DNA from: Halorutilales archaeon Cl-col2-1
GTDB lineage: Archaea > Halobacteriota > Halobacteria > Halobacteriales > Afararchaeaceae
Length of the DNA stretch: 64,000 nucleotides
Assembly: GCA_041891055.1 (NCBI GenBank)
Contig: CP169074.1
Location: 1,856,001-1,920,000 of the forward strand
Direction: 5' to 3'
This document shows, one piece after another, positions 1 through 9,305 of this stretch (its first letter is position 1; every line of letters begins with the position of its first letter). The notes under the pieces are model-generated. The model worked only from the letters and a program-made list of their open reading frames with translations, was not told where the DNA came from and did no database searches. The translations under genes were made by a program, and so were the position numbers.

Positions 1-35
1 TCCTCCATCGCTACACATACGAGTCTGTCTGCCAT
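1..35 (-). CDS. 5' end of a gene running off the left edge (MADRLVCVAME...), product unknown
   Basis: CAT at 33-35 gives a minus-strand ATG with an open frame to the window edge, divergent from lhr; only 11 codons visible. Confidence 0.35.
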   Translation of the reverse strand, partial: MADRLVCVAME

Positions 36-62
36 CCGTAACCGTCTTAACTCCTCCAGACC

Positions 63-3000
63 TTGTTTCTTTACGGTGATAATATCTCCGACTCCTCCCC
101 TTCTCACTCCCAGAAACAGACAGAAGACAGCCGTGTCGACGCCGACACAGACGTTGACGCCGACGGTCAGATCGACGACGCCCACGTCCTCGAACTCCTA
201 GAGCCCTCAGTAAGGGACTGGTGGGTCGACGAGTTCGGCGAGTACACAGATATCAACAACGGCTACTTCACACCGCCCCAGAAGGAGGCTGTCCCCCTGA
301 TACACGAGGGAGAGAACGCACTCATAGCGTCGCCGACGGGCAGCGGAAAATGTGTTACTCCCGATACCCCACTCTTAGTAGACGAAGACGGTGAGAGCCG
401 GGTACTCAGAGCCTCGGATCTCCTCGACAAGACCGAGACTAAGGTAGCCGACGTCGACCACGACGGTGAGCTACACACGAGTAGCATAAGCTCCTACTCT
501 CTCACAGACTACGGCGAGATAGAGACGAAGGACGCCCTCGTCTACTCCGAGACCTACTCGGGAGACGTATACCGGCTCAAGACCGTCTATGGAAGGGAGG
601 TCGAGCTAACACCCGACCATCCTCTTCTCGTCGAGACTCGCGACGGTTCCGAGTGGAGGCGAGCGGAGGAGGTCGATGAGGGGGACAGGATCGGTGTCCC
701 GAGGCGTATAGATCTACCCGAGGAGACACAGACACTCCACCTCGAAACCGCCGTCCGAAAGCTCAGACAGAGATTCGAAGACGCCGTCACGTCTGAGGAG
801 TCGGAGAGTCTCGAAATACATCTGCGGGAAGCCGATGGTGTCTCCGACTTATCTGAGACGGATCTGAGACGTCTCCTGTGTCTCGCGCGCCTTACGATTA
901 CCGAGGCTGCCGAGGCTCTCTCAGTGAGTCCTGCTACCGTACACAGACGTGTCACGTCACCCGAGAGCTTTGACGACGATGACCTGGGTCTTCTGAGACT
1001 GATAGAGGAGAGGTTCGAGCCTCTGGGTGAGACGGAGGTTGCCGTGGTGATGAACAACGGTGCTGTTTCGAGGTTTGAGTACCCCGAGACGGTAGACGCC
1101 GAGGTCGCGAGACTCGCTGCTTTCGTCCTCGCCGAGGGGTTCATAGGCGACTACGACAGGAGCGGCATGGTATCTGTCTCCCAGAGTAAGAGAACCGATC
1201 TTCTCGAAGAGGTAAGACGTACTGCGGAGGAGAGGTTCGGTGTCGTCTTCGAACTCAAGGAGGGTAGCTCTAAGGACTACGCAGTAAACGACTCGGCTTT
1301 CGCTGTCTTCTTCTCAGAGCTCCTAGACATAGACACGGGAGAGGGAAGGGAAGTCGATCTTCCCGACTGGATTCTCAACGCTCCGAGAGACGTCAAGAGG
1401 GCTTTCGTCTCGACCTTCCTCTCACTCGAAGCCGAGGTCAGAAACGACGAGGTACGTCTGACACAGGCTAACGAGATGAAGATAGAACAGATCAACTACC
1501 TCCTGATGTCGTTCGGGATACTCGCGTCACGCCGAACTGTCTCGAAACGCGCCACTAACTCCGGGATGGAGAAGAGGGAGTACACGACCTTAACCGTCAG
1601 ACGGAAGCAGAGTCTCCGGCGTCTCGTCTCTGAGTTCGACATACGCCATCCCAACACAGCCTCAGCCGAGAGACACGCAGTAGGCGACGGCTCGGGGGAG
1701 GTAGTCGGCAAACACAGTATCGACTACAAGCGGATAGCCGGTCTCTCCGAGGAGTACGCGAGCTACGACGACTTCATGGACGAACTCGGCAATGTATACG
1801 AGGTCGCGAGGAGGTCGGGATACATAACACAGAGAGGCTTGGACAAGCTGGATTCGGCTCTCGACTCTCTCCCCGACGGCACAGCCCCCGACCTTGAGGA
1901 AACTGTGGGGGAGATGCGTGACTCGAACGTTGTCTGGCTCGAAGTCACGGAGAAGGAGACCATCGACTACGACGGCGAGATAATCGATCTCAACGTCCCG
2001 GATCTCCACAACTTCGTCGGTGGTTCGGGAGGGATGTACCTACACAACACTCTCGCCTCTTTTACCTCGATCATAAACGAGCTATTCAGGAAGAGTAAGG
2101 AAGACGAACTCGAGAACTCGGTCTACTGTCTCTACGTCTCGCCCCTCAAGAGCCTCGCCAACGACATACATCGGAACCTCGAAGTTCCTCTTGAGGGCAT
2201 AGACGAGGTCGCGCGTGAGAACGGACACGACCCCGCCGAGATACGCCACGCTATACGCCACGGAGACACGAGCGACTACGAGCGTCAGAAGATGCTCGAC
2301 GAGACTCCCCATATCCTCAACACGACTCCCGAGACCCTCGGGATACTCCTCAACTCGCCCAAGTTCCGTGAGAAGCTCAGGACTGTCGAGTACGTCATAG
2401 TCGACGAGATACATTCGCTCGCCGACAACAAGCGGGGCGTCCATCTCTCGGTCTCTCTCGAACGTCTCGAAAACCTGTGTGAGACTTCACCGACACGTAT
2501 AGGCTGTTCGGCGACAGTCGAGCCCCTCGAAGACATCGCCGACTTCCTCGTGGGATACGACGAGGCGGGAGGCGAACCGCGCGACTCGACCGTCGTCGAC
2601 ACACGTTTCGTACGTGACTTCGACATACAGCTCCGGTGTCCGACCGACGACCTCATACACACACCCAACGACGAGATACAGGACGCCTTCTACCAACAGC
2701 TACACTCGATGGTACAGGATCACGACAACACTCTGATATTCACAAATACGAGGTCGGGCGCAGAGAGGGTTCTGCACAATCTACGTGACAGGTTCGACGT
2801 CTACGACGACTCGAACTCGGGCTGCCACCACGGCTCGGTCGGAAAGGAGGGGAGAAAGCAGATCGAGGAGGATCTCAAGTCGGGCGACATCGACTTCGTG
2901 ACCTCGTCTACGTCTCTCGAACTCGGGGTCGACATGCCCCATCTCGACTTAGTCGTTCAGGTCGGCTCGCCGAAGTCGGTAGCGGGTCTCCTTCAGCGCA

Positions 3001-4487
3001 TAGGGAGGGCGGGACACTCCCTCGGAGAGACAGTCGAGGGACGTGTGATAGCACTCGACCGCGACGAACTCATAGAGTGTGCGGTGATGCTCAAGAAGGC
3101 GGAGGAGGGCTTTGTCGACCGCGTCTTCGTTCCCGAGAAGCCACAGGACGTCCTCGCTCAGCACGTCTACGGAATGGCGATCAACTCCGTCCGCCCCGAG
3201 CGCGAGGTCGTCGAGACGGTAAGAAGGGCATACCCCTACCGCAACTACCAACGTGACGACTGGGAGTCTCTGATGAGGTACCTCACTGCCGACTACGAGG
3301 GGATGGAAGACCGCTCTATATACGCCAAGGTCTGGAGGGACGAGAACGATGACGGCACCACGGTGATAGGAAAACGCGGAAAGATGGCGCGTGTCATCTA
3401 CATGACCAACATAGGTACTATACCCGACTCGTTCACGATCGACGTCTTCGTGAGAGGAACCGACGAGTGGGTCGGCGACCTCGACGAGGGATACCTCGAC
3501 AACCTCGACAAGGGCGACGTCTTCGTTCTGGGAGGACAGAACTACGAGTTCAAGTACCGCAGGGGATCGAAGGTCTACGTCGATCCGACGACCGCCTCGC
3601 CGACAGTCCCTTCGTGGTTCTCCGAGCGTCTTCCGCTGTCGTACGACCTCGGACGTGAGATACTCAGGTTCAAACGCCAGACTGTCGAACGCATACACGA
3701 CGAAGACGCTGACGCGCGCGACTGGCTCTCGTCGTACCCCGTTGACTCGAACTCGGTCGAGAGCATACTCCGTATATTCGACGAACAGCTACGTTACGCG
3801 AGCGAACTCAGCGTCTCGACCGATGAACGTTTCGTCGTCGAACAGGTCGTAGACACCGACGCCGGGAGACGTCATTACTACTTCCACTCGAACTACGGGA
3901 GGAAGTTCAACGACGGTCTCTCACGGATAGTCGCCCACGAGGCTTCTCGCCGCATAGAGACCAACGTCAAGATCTCGGTCGCAGACAACGGCTTCGCTGT
4001 CTCGATGCCTATGAACCGGAAGATCGACGTCTACGACGTCATAGACTCCGTGAATCCCGACAACGCCGAAGAGATACTCAGGGACGCACTCGACGGCAGC
4101 GAGCTACTCAAACGGTACTTCCGTATAAACGCGACGCGTTCGCTGATGATACTCAAGAACTACAAGGGCAACACCAAGAGTGCGAAGAGACAGCAGGTCT
4201 CCTCCGACATGCTGATACATTACGCCGAGGATCTCGACGGCTTCGTCGTATTAGAGGAGACCTACAGGGAGGTCACCGAGGACAAGCTCGACATAGACCA
4301 CATACAGGACGTACTCGGCGAGATACACGACGGCGACGTGGATGTCGTCGGAATCGAGCCCGAGAGTCCGACGCCGATGGCTTTCGGAATCGCGTCACTC
4401 GCGGCGAGCGACGTCGTCCTCGCCGAGGACAAGTCGAAGGTCTTAGAGGAGTTCCACGACAGGGTGATGGAGGAGATAGACGGATAG
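63..4487 (+). CDS. lhr: Lhr-family ATP-dependent SF2 helicase, intein-containing
   Basis: Q motif FTPPQ, Walker A SPTGSGK/T split by an intein, SPLKSLANDI, DEIH box, SAT, HHGS, TSSLELGVD-like motif V, QRIGRAGH; the TTG start at 63 is uncertain. Confidence 0.93.
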   Translation: MFLYGDNISDSSPSHSQKQTEDSRVDADTDVDADGQIDDAHVLELLEPSVRDWWVDEFGEYTDINNGYFTPPQKEAVPLIHEGENALIASPTGSGKCVTPDTPLLVDEDGESRVLRASDLLDKTETKVADVDHDGELHTSSISSYSLTDYGEIETKDALVYSETYSGDVYRLKTVYGREVELTPDHPLLVETRDGSEWRRAEEVDEGDRIGVPRRIDLPEETQTLHLETAVRKLRQRFEDAVTSEESESLEIHLREADGVSDLSETDLRRLLCLARLTITEAAEALSVSPATVHRRVTSPESFDDDDLGLLRLIEERFEPLGETEVAVVMNNGAVSRFEYPETVDAEVARLAAFVLAEGFIGDYDRSGMVSVSQSKRTDLLEEVRRTAEERFGVVFELKEGSSKDYAVNDSAFAVFFSELLDIDTGEGREVDLPDWILNAPRDVKRAFVSTFLSLEAEVRNDEVRLTQANEMKIEQINYLLMSFGILASRRTVSKRATNSGMEKREYTTLTVRRKQSLRRLVSEFDIRHPNTASAERHAVGDGSGEVVGKHSIDYKRIAGLSEEYASYDDFMDELGNVYEVARRSGYITQRGLDKLDSALDSLPDGTAPDLEETVGEMRDSNVVWLEVTEKETIDYDGEIIDLNVPDLHNFVGGSGGMYLHNTLASFTSIINELFRKSKEDELENSVYCLYVSPLKSLANDIHRNLEVPLEGIDEVARENGHDPAEIRHAIRHGDTSDYERQKMLDETPHILNTTPETLGILLNSPKFREKLRTVEYVIVDEIHSLADNKRGVHLSVSLERLENLCETSPTRIGCSATVEPLEDIADFLVGYDEAGGEPRDSTVVDTRFVRDFDIQLRCPTDDLIHTPNDEIQDAFYQQLHSMVQDHDNTLIFTNTRSGAERVLHNLRDRFDVYDDSNSGCHHGSVGKEGRKQIEEDLKSGDIDFVTSSTSLELGVDMPHLDLVVQVGSPKSVAGLLQRIGRAGHSLGETVEGRVIALDRDELIECAVMLKKAEEGFVDRVFVPEKPQDVLAQHVYGMAINSVRPEREVVETVRRAYPYRNYQRDDWESLMRYLTADYEGMEDRSIYAKVWRDENDDGTTVIGKRGKMARVIYMTNIGTIPDSFTIDVFVRGTDEWVGDLDEGYLDNLDKGDVFVLGGQNYEFKYRRGSKVYVDPTTASPTVPSWFSERLPLSYDLGREILRFKRQTVERIHDEDADARDWLSSYPVDSNSVESILRIFDEQLRYASELSVSTDERFVVEQVVDTDAGRRHYYFHSNYGRKFNDGLSRIVAHEASRRIETNVKISVADNGFAVSMPMNRKIDVYDVIDSVNPDNAEEILRDALDGSELLKRYFRINATRSLMILKNYKGNTKSAKRQQVSSDMLIHYAEDLDGFVVLEETYREVTEDKLDIDHIQDVLGEIHDGDVDVVGIEPESPTPMAFGIASLAASDVVLAEDKSKVLEEFHDRVMEEIDG
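351..2048 (+). mobile_element. Intein (566 aa) with LAGLIDADG-type homing endonuclease, inserted in the Lhr Walker A motif
   Basis: Starts CVTPDT right after GSGK, block B LTPDHPLL, block F IIDLNVPDLHNFV, ends MYLHN followed by Thr; LAGLIDADG-like blocks FVLAEG and FLSLEA; removal restores GSGKTLASF. Confidence 0.93.
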
Positions 4488-4571
4488 AACGCCCTCCCCG
4501 GGTCTTTCTCCTTGGTACGTATTTAATAACCGAAGCCGTTATTGTATTAAGACCTAAATATACTGGCACGT

Positions 4572-5687
4572 ATGACAGGTAGAGAAGCCCGAAACAGGTA
4601 TGTAAAGCATTTTGGACCTCAGTGGTTCGCGTCGACTATGGGGATAGGTGCACTCGGTATCGCTCTCGGACTCGTGGCTAACTTCATCGGGTCGAGTAGT
4701 CTACTCACGGCTGCCCAATCAGTTACTCTCGTGACTCTCAGTCTCACGTTAGTCTTTCTCGTGCCGTGGTCTCTCAGGCTCCTGCGTTACCCCGACGAGA
4801 TCGAGAAAGACATGTCCCATCCCATACGTAGCCAGTTCTTTCCGACTATGCCCATAACACTCCTGGTCGTCGGGGTCGCTCTCCAGAGGACACTTGCCGG
4901 AACTGCCCCGGATAGCCTACTCAACCCGGTCTCGTTACTCCTCTTCGGTCTGGGAACGGCGGGAATACTCTACTTTGGACTCCGTCTCACGGCTATACTC
5001 TTCACTAACACCAACATAGAGACAAAACACGGCGTCTTCGCGTGGTACATACCTCCCGTCTCACATCTCCTGATTCCCGTCCTCGGCTTCGTACTCATAC
5101 AGAACGGAGTCTCCGAGAGCCTCGGGGTCAGCCAGTCGGTCTTAGACCGAACCCTCTTCGTCGTCTCGCTCGCGGCTATGGGGATAGGCTTTTTCACCTT
5201 CCTCTTTCTGACTCCCGTGATACTCCACAGGTACGCCTACGAGGATCTTCCCGATGTCAAACTCGCGCCGACCTTCCTCATAGGAATAGCTCCGACTTCG
5301 ATACTCGTAATCGACCTTGCTAACTTAATCCACGTCTTAGAGGCGACACGTATCTTCGGCTTCGATGTCGAGGCAATAGAACCACTCCTCAGCATAGCCA
5401 TAGTCCTGATGTGGGGATTCTCGGCGTGGTGGCTCCTTCTGACAGTCGGAATGGTTCTCCATTATGTCCGGAAGGAGTCCCACGGATTCGAGTTCACGTG
5501 GTGGGCATACACCTTCCCACTCGGAGCCTTCACAATCTCGACCGGAGTCACTGCTAAGACACTCGGCTCGACGACGCTCTACTACGTCATGACGGGACTC
5601 ACGGGACTCCTCGTCTTAGTCGTCGTAGTAGTCGCGGCGTTCACGACACGTCTCGTAAAGAGAGGCGAAGCCTTCGTCCCCGAGTAG
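4572..5687 (+). CDS. TDT/SLAC1 family (tellurite resistance/dicarboxylate) transporter
   Basis: About 10 TM helices; PQWFASTMGIG, HPIRSQFFPT, WYIPPV and the WWAYTFPLG signature. Confidence 0.88.
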   Translation: MTGREARNRYVKHFGPQWFASTMGIGALGIALGLVANFIGSSSLLTAAQSVTLVTLSLTLVFLVPWSLRLLRYPDEIEKDMSHPIRSQFFPTMPITLLVVGVALQRTLAGTAPDSLLNPVSLLLFGLGTAGILYFGLRLTAILFTNTNIETKHGVFAWYIPPVSHLLIPVLGFVLIQNGVSESLGVSQSVLDRTLFVVSLAAMGIGFFTFLFLTPVILHRYAYEDLPDVKLAPTFLIGIAPTSILVIDLANLIHVLEATRIFGFDVEAIEPLLSIAIVLMWGFSAWWLLLTVGMVLHYVRKESHGFEFTWWAYTFPLGAFTISTGVTAKTLGSTTLYYVMTGLTGLLVLVVVVVAAFTTRLVKRGEAFVPE

Positions 5688-5691
5688 AGCC

Positions 5692-6591
5692 CTATTTCCT
5701 CTTGAGTACCTGAACACCCTCGCCGACACGTGCCTGGTACGCGCGTGACTCGACACCCTCCTCCCAGAACCCCTCGACGAAAGCCTCCGCTACATCTGAC
5801 TTGACGTCCTTGTCACAGACCCCGAGAAGCGACGGTCCTGCCCCGCTTATACTGACCGCCTCCGCGCCCGCCTTCATCGCTTTCTGGCTCGCGGCATCGT
5901 ATCCGTCTATCAGGGGAGACCTAGCGTCTTCGACCACGGGGTCACACATCCCGCTCGCTATAAGCCCTATGTCATCCTCTAAGACGCCTGCGACTACCTT
6001 CGACGCGTTCGCTACAGTCTTAGACCTCTCTCTGAGAGACACAGAAGACGGAAGCGCGTCGCGCGCGTCCCTCGTACTCACGACGACCTCGGGGACTGCT
6101 ACGACACAGTGGAAGCCCGTCTCGAACGACTGAGTTCCGTTGTCGGGATCTGAGACCGAGAAGCCGCCCTTTATACACGGAGCGACGTTGTCCTTGTGCG
6201 CCTCGCCGCTTACGACCTTCTCGCCCTGTGCCGCCGCTTCGATGAGCTCGTCGTCGGAGAGGTCGAGACCGTAGAGGTCGTCGAGTGCGACCGCTACCCC
6301 CGCCGCCGACGCCGCGCTCGACCCGAGACCGCTGCTCGGACGTACCCCCTTGTCGATCTCTATACGTGCCGAGACCCCAAGCTGTCTTGCGACCTCACCC
6401 GCTGTGTTCTTCTTGGGGTCCTCGGGTATGAAGCTCGACCCCGCGCCTCTGACTTCTATGCTCGTCTCGTCCGCCTTCTCGACCCGGAGTATGTCGGCGG
6501 GCTTGTCGAGTGCGATACCGAAGACATCGAAGCCGCTTCCCAGATTCGCCGAGGTAGCGGGAGCACGGACTTCTACCATAGACCTAGACAT
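5692..6591 (-). CDS. thrB: Homoserine kinase
   Basis: APATSANLGSGFD, GHMP motif PSSGLGSSAAS, HKDNVAP, SGAGPS. Confidence 0.95.
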   Translation of the reverse strand: MSRSMVEVRAPATSANLGSGFDVFGIALDKPADILRVEKADETSIEVRGAGSSFIPEDPKKNTAGEVARQLGVSARIEIDKGVRPSSGLGSSAASAAGVAVALDDLYGLDLSDDELIEAAAQGEKVVSGEAHKDNVAPCIKGGFSVSDPDNGTQSFETGFHCVVAVPEVVVSTRDARDALPSSVSLRERSKTVANASKVVAGVLEDDIGLIASGMCDPVVEDARSPLIDGYDAASQKAMKAGAEAVSISGAGPSLLGVCDKDVKSDVAEAFVEGFWEEGVESRAYQARVGEGVQVLKRK

Positions 6592-6651
6592 GGTCTTGGG
6601 TTAGAGGGGACAACGAAAACCGTTTTCGAGTTAGAGCCACAAGACGCGTAT

Positions 6652-6810
6652 ATGCCAGCAACCCTAGAGGTGAGATGTGAGAACGACGACTGCGAACTCG
6701 ACATGTTCGAGCTCCATTATACCTACGGCATGCCCGACGAGACCGGGGTCGACGACTTCACGTGTCCCTACTGTCTCGAAAAGGAGGATCTCACACAGAT
6801 AGAGGTGTAG
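6652..6810 (+). CDS. Small zinc-finger-like protein (52 aa; CxxxxC...CPYC)
   Basis: ATG at 6652 gives MPATLEVRCENDDCELDMFELHYTY...FTCPYC, a typical haloarchaeal CPxCG-like microprotein; the longer ORF call overlaps thrB. Confidence 0.75.
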   Translation: MPATLEVRCENDDCELDMFELHYTYGMPDETGVDDFTCPYCLEKEDLTQIEV

Positions 6811-6815
6811 CTACA

Positions 6816-7322
6816 CTACAGCAGAGTCTCCTCTACACCGTCGTAGTCGGGGAATTCGGGCCACTCCGACGCGACCCAGGTGTGCTCGACCCTCATCTCG
6901 TCGTCTAAGACGAAGACGGCTGGACGTGGCTCTTCTATACCCTCCATGCCGTCTAGGTCGTGTACGACGCCGTACTCCTCTGCGATCTCGTTCGAAGGGT
7001 CGGAGAAGAGACGCGCGTCTAGGTCGTTGTCGTCTATGAACTTTATGTGCTCGTACGGCGTTGAGATCGAGACACCGACGACCTCGGCTTCGTCTGCCCA
7101 GCCTCTCTCTTGGATCTCGTTCCAGATGTATATAGCGGGGAACGAGCCGTCCATCGGATGGAAGACAACCACGACGCCGTCGTCAGACTCCTCGACGACC
7201 TCCGACAACGAGGCATCCTCCCAGTACTCGTCGTTGACGAGAGGACGCGTGAAGTCGGGAGCAGTCTCCCCTTCTTCTATGTTGTCGGTCTCGGGGAGTT
7301 CGACCACGTCGAAGTCAAGCAT
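6816..7322 (-). CDS. Peroxiredoxin-like (AhpC/TSA redoxin fold) protein without a catalytic Cys
   Basis: GETAPDFTRPL, VVGVSIS, LFSDPSNEIAEEYGV, RPAVFVLD, PDYD; no Cys in the protein. Confidence 0.8.
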   Translation of the reverse strand: MLDFDVVELPETDNIEEGETAPDFTRPLVNDEYWEDASLSEVVEESDDGVVVVFHPMDGSFPAIYIWNEIQERGWADEAEVVGVSISTPYEHIKFIDDNDLDARLFSDPSNEIAEEYGVVHDLDGMEGIEEPRPAVFVLDDEMRVEHTWVASEWPEFPDYDGVEETLL

Positions 7323-7587
7323 TTGTCTCACCTCCGTACCTGTCGTCGAGGTACTGTACTATGTTGTCGCTCTCGGCTATCACGACTCCCGAATCCGCCT
7401 CGACGAGCACGGGGACGAGACGCGTGTTGGCAACTCTCTTAACGACGTTTCTGTAGCTGTGCATCGGTCTCACGAAACGTGAGTCGTAGTCGACGCCGTA
7501 CTCGTTGAGCTTCCTCACGACGCGTTCACAGAAAGGACACGCCTGAAGACGGTAGAGGACGACGTCTGAGTTAGTCGGTACAGACAT
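7315..7587 (-). CDS. Glutaredoxin-like protein
   Basis: CPFC active site, VPVLV, AESDNIVQYL. Confidence 0.88.
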   Translation of the reverse strand: MSVPTNSDVVLYRLQACPFCERVVRKLNEYGVDYDSRFVRPMHSYRNVVKRVANTRLVPVLVEADSGVVIAESDNIVQYLDDRYGGETNA

Positions 7588-7593
7588 CTGTTA

Positions 7594-8262
7594 TCAGTCG
7601 TTCAGCTTCCATTTCACGTCCTCGCCATTTCTCTCTTTCGTCACGATACCCCTCTCCTCCAGGCTACGCAGACTCTCGCGGACGACGTCGGGTCTCAGAC
7701 CCATCTCCCTCGACAGCCTCTCGGCGTCGGACGCTCCCGAGTCGACGAGTTCGTCGATGATCTCTATCTGGAGCTTGTTCTCTCCGGTTCCCTCTACCTT
7801 GTCCTCTATCTCCGACATTACCTCGGTTATCTTCGACTGTATGTACCTCTGTGCGAGCGAGAGCTCGTTCTCTATCTTCTCAAGACGTTCGAGCCTGTTG
7901 ACGAGGTCGACGATGTCGCTCGTCTTCTCGCTCTCGTACGAGTAGTTTATCTTTATGTGCTCGTAGTTAGCCTTGAAGTTGGGGTTCGGGTACGCGCTCT
8001 TGACACCGAACGAGTAGGGAGATATGCTGACTTCGAGACGCAGGTTACGTGCTATGTAGAAGTACTTGCGCCTCCTGTCGTCGACCTCGCTCTCTACGAT
8101 CCCGGCGTCCTCAAGTATACTCAGGTGATCGATGACCGCCTTCGGAGACACCCCGAGGTAGTCGCTTATCTCCGTGACATAGCACGGCTTGTAAGCCAGG
8201 AGATCTATTATACGTCTCCTGTTTTCGTTCCCGAGTATCTTGAATAGCTGTGATGACTCCAT
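7594..8262 (-). CDS. ArsR-family transcriptional regulator with a second C-terminal wHTH
   Basis: LGNENRRRII...VSPKAVIDHLSILEDAGIV N-terminal HTH, coiled coil, C-terminal HTH. Confidence 0.88.
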   Translation of the reverse strand: MESSQLFKILGNENRRRIIDLLAYKPCYVTEISDYLGVSPKAVIDHLSILEDAGIVESEVDDRRRKYFYIARNLRLEVSISPYSFGVKSAYPNPNFKANYEHIKINYSYESEKTSDIVDLVNRLERLEKIENELSLAQRYIQSKITEVMSEIEDKVEGTGENKLQIEIIDELVDSGASDAERLSREMGLRPDVVRESLRSLEERGIVTKERNGEDVKWKLND

Positions 8263-8351
8263 GCCCGACCCTCGTTTAGGGTGAGTAAACTCTCACACAA
8301 TATAAGCCTTCTCCCACGCACCTCGCTGGAAGACAGTCCCGTGTACTGTAT

Positions 8352-8735
8352 CTAACTGTCGATATCGGGCGACTCGTCCTCGACCGACCTCTTCATAGAG
8401 TCACGTCTCGCCTTCGCGTCACGTCCGGTGACTTCTTCGAGGAACTCGTTCTTCTTCTCCATAGCCTCCGAGGCGAGGTCGAGACGTCCCTCCTCCTGGA
8501 GCGTCTGAACGTCCTTCTCCTTGAAGTCGACTGCGAGCTCGTCCTTCTTGCTAGAGTGCTCGATAACGCCGACACCGACGTGGTCGAAGACTAAGACGTC
8601 GTCGACTATGTACATCTCGACGCCGTCTATCTCGTCGCGTCTGTCGACCTCACCGAAGTACTCCTCGACCTTCGCCTTCATGTCGGGGACTCTCTCCTTG
8701 AGGTACTCTCCCCTCCTCATCTTGTAAGTTCTCAT
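8352..8735 (-). CDS. Conserved archaeal hypothetical protein (DUF5611-like)
   Basis: Start at 8735 gives MRTYKMRRGEYL...KNEFLEEVTGRDAKARRDSMKR, a recognisable haloarchaeal conserved protein. Confidence 0.75.
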   Translation of the reverse strand: MRTYKMRRGEYLKERVPDMKAKVEEYFGEVDRRDEIDGVEMYIVDDVLVFDHVGVGVIEHSSKKDELAVDFKEKDVQTLQEEGRLDLASEAMEKKNEFLEEVTGRDAKARRDSMKRSVEDESPDIDS

Positions 8736-8772
8736 GACACCAACTAAGCCGATAGGTAACAAATGCGTTTTG

Positions 8773-9291
8773 TTAGGATCTCTCGGTCTCCTCGAGGTAC
8801 GACTTGCCACAGTCGGGACAGATGTCGCCCTCACGGAGCGAGTTCTCGTGTACCGGCGACTCGAAGCCACACGAACAGACATAGACCGTCGTAGGTTTGG
8901 TTCCGGGTGTCGCGGTTCCGTCGGTACTGCTTGAGAGGTCGCGGTCTTTGCTGTCATCGGACTCTAGGACTACGGCATCATCGTCGTCCTCGTTGACCCC
9001 GCTCACCATTCCTACTCCTTCGGTTCCAGTGGTGTATGTGTCGTCGGTACCCTCCTTGTCTTCTTCGTCGGCTTCCTGCGTGGCAGTTTCGACCTCGTCG
9101 TCTGACGTCTCAGAGCCGTCGTCCTTAGCCCTGACTTCTGTGTTCTGACTCACGACACGTTCCTCGCCACATACCTCACAGACCTCGTACTCCACAGTCG
9201 AGACGGCGACTTCGTCGTCGCCCTCCTCACGTTCGGTTCGTGTCCGGGGCTCACCCCATCTGTGTCCGGTTACTGTACATCTGAGACCCAT
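8773..9291 (-). CDS. Hypothetical protein with N- and C-terminal zinc-ribbon motifs and an acidic linker
   Basis: MGLRCTVTGH...CEVCG and C-terminal CSCG...GDICPDCG; host codon usage. Confidence 0.75.
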   Translation of the reverse strand: MGLRCTVTGHRWGEPRTRTEREEGDDEVAVSTVEYEVCEVCGEERVVSQNTEVRAKDDGSETSDDEVETATQEADEEDKEGTDDTYTTGTEGVGMVSGVNEDDDDAVVLESDDSKDRDLSSSTDGTATPGTKPTTVYVCSCGFESPVHENSLREGDICPDCGKSYLEETERS

Positions 9292-9305
9292 TACGGATAC
9301 CGACG

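Noticed and set aside
6196-6651. N-terminal extensions of ORF-track calls (6196, 8957, 15761, 27995, 50839, 53452, 58233)
   Set aside because: They overlap neighbouring genes, promoters or tRNA repeats; downstream ATGs give family-typical N-termini
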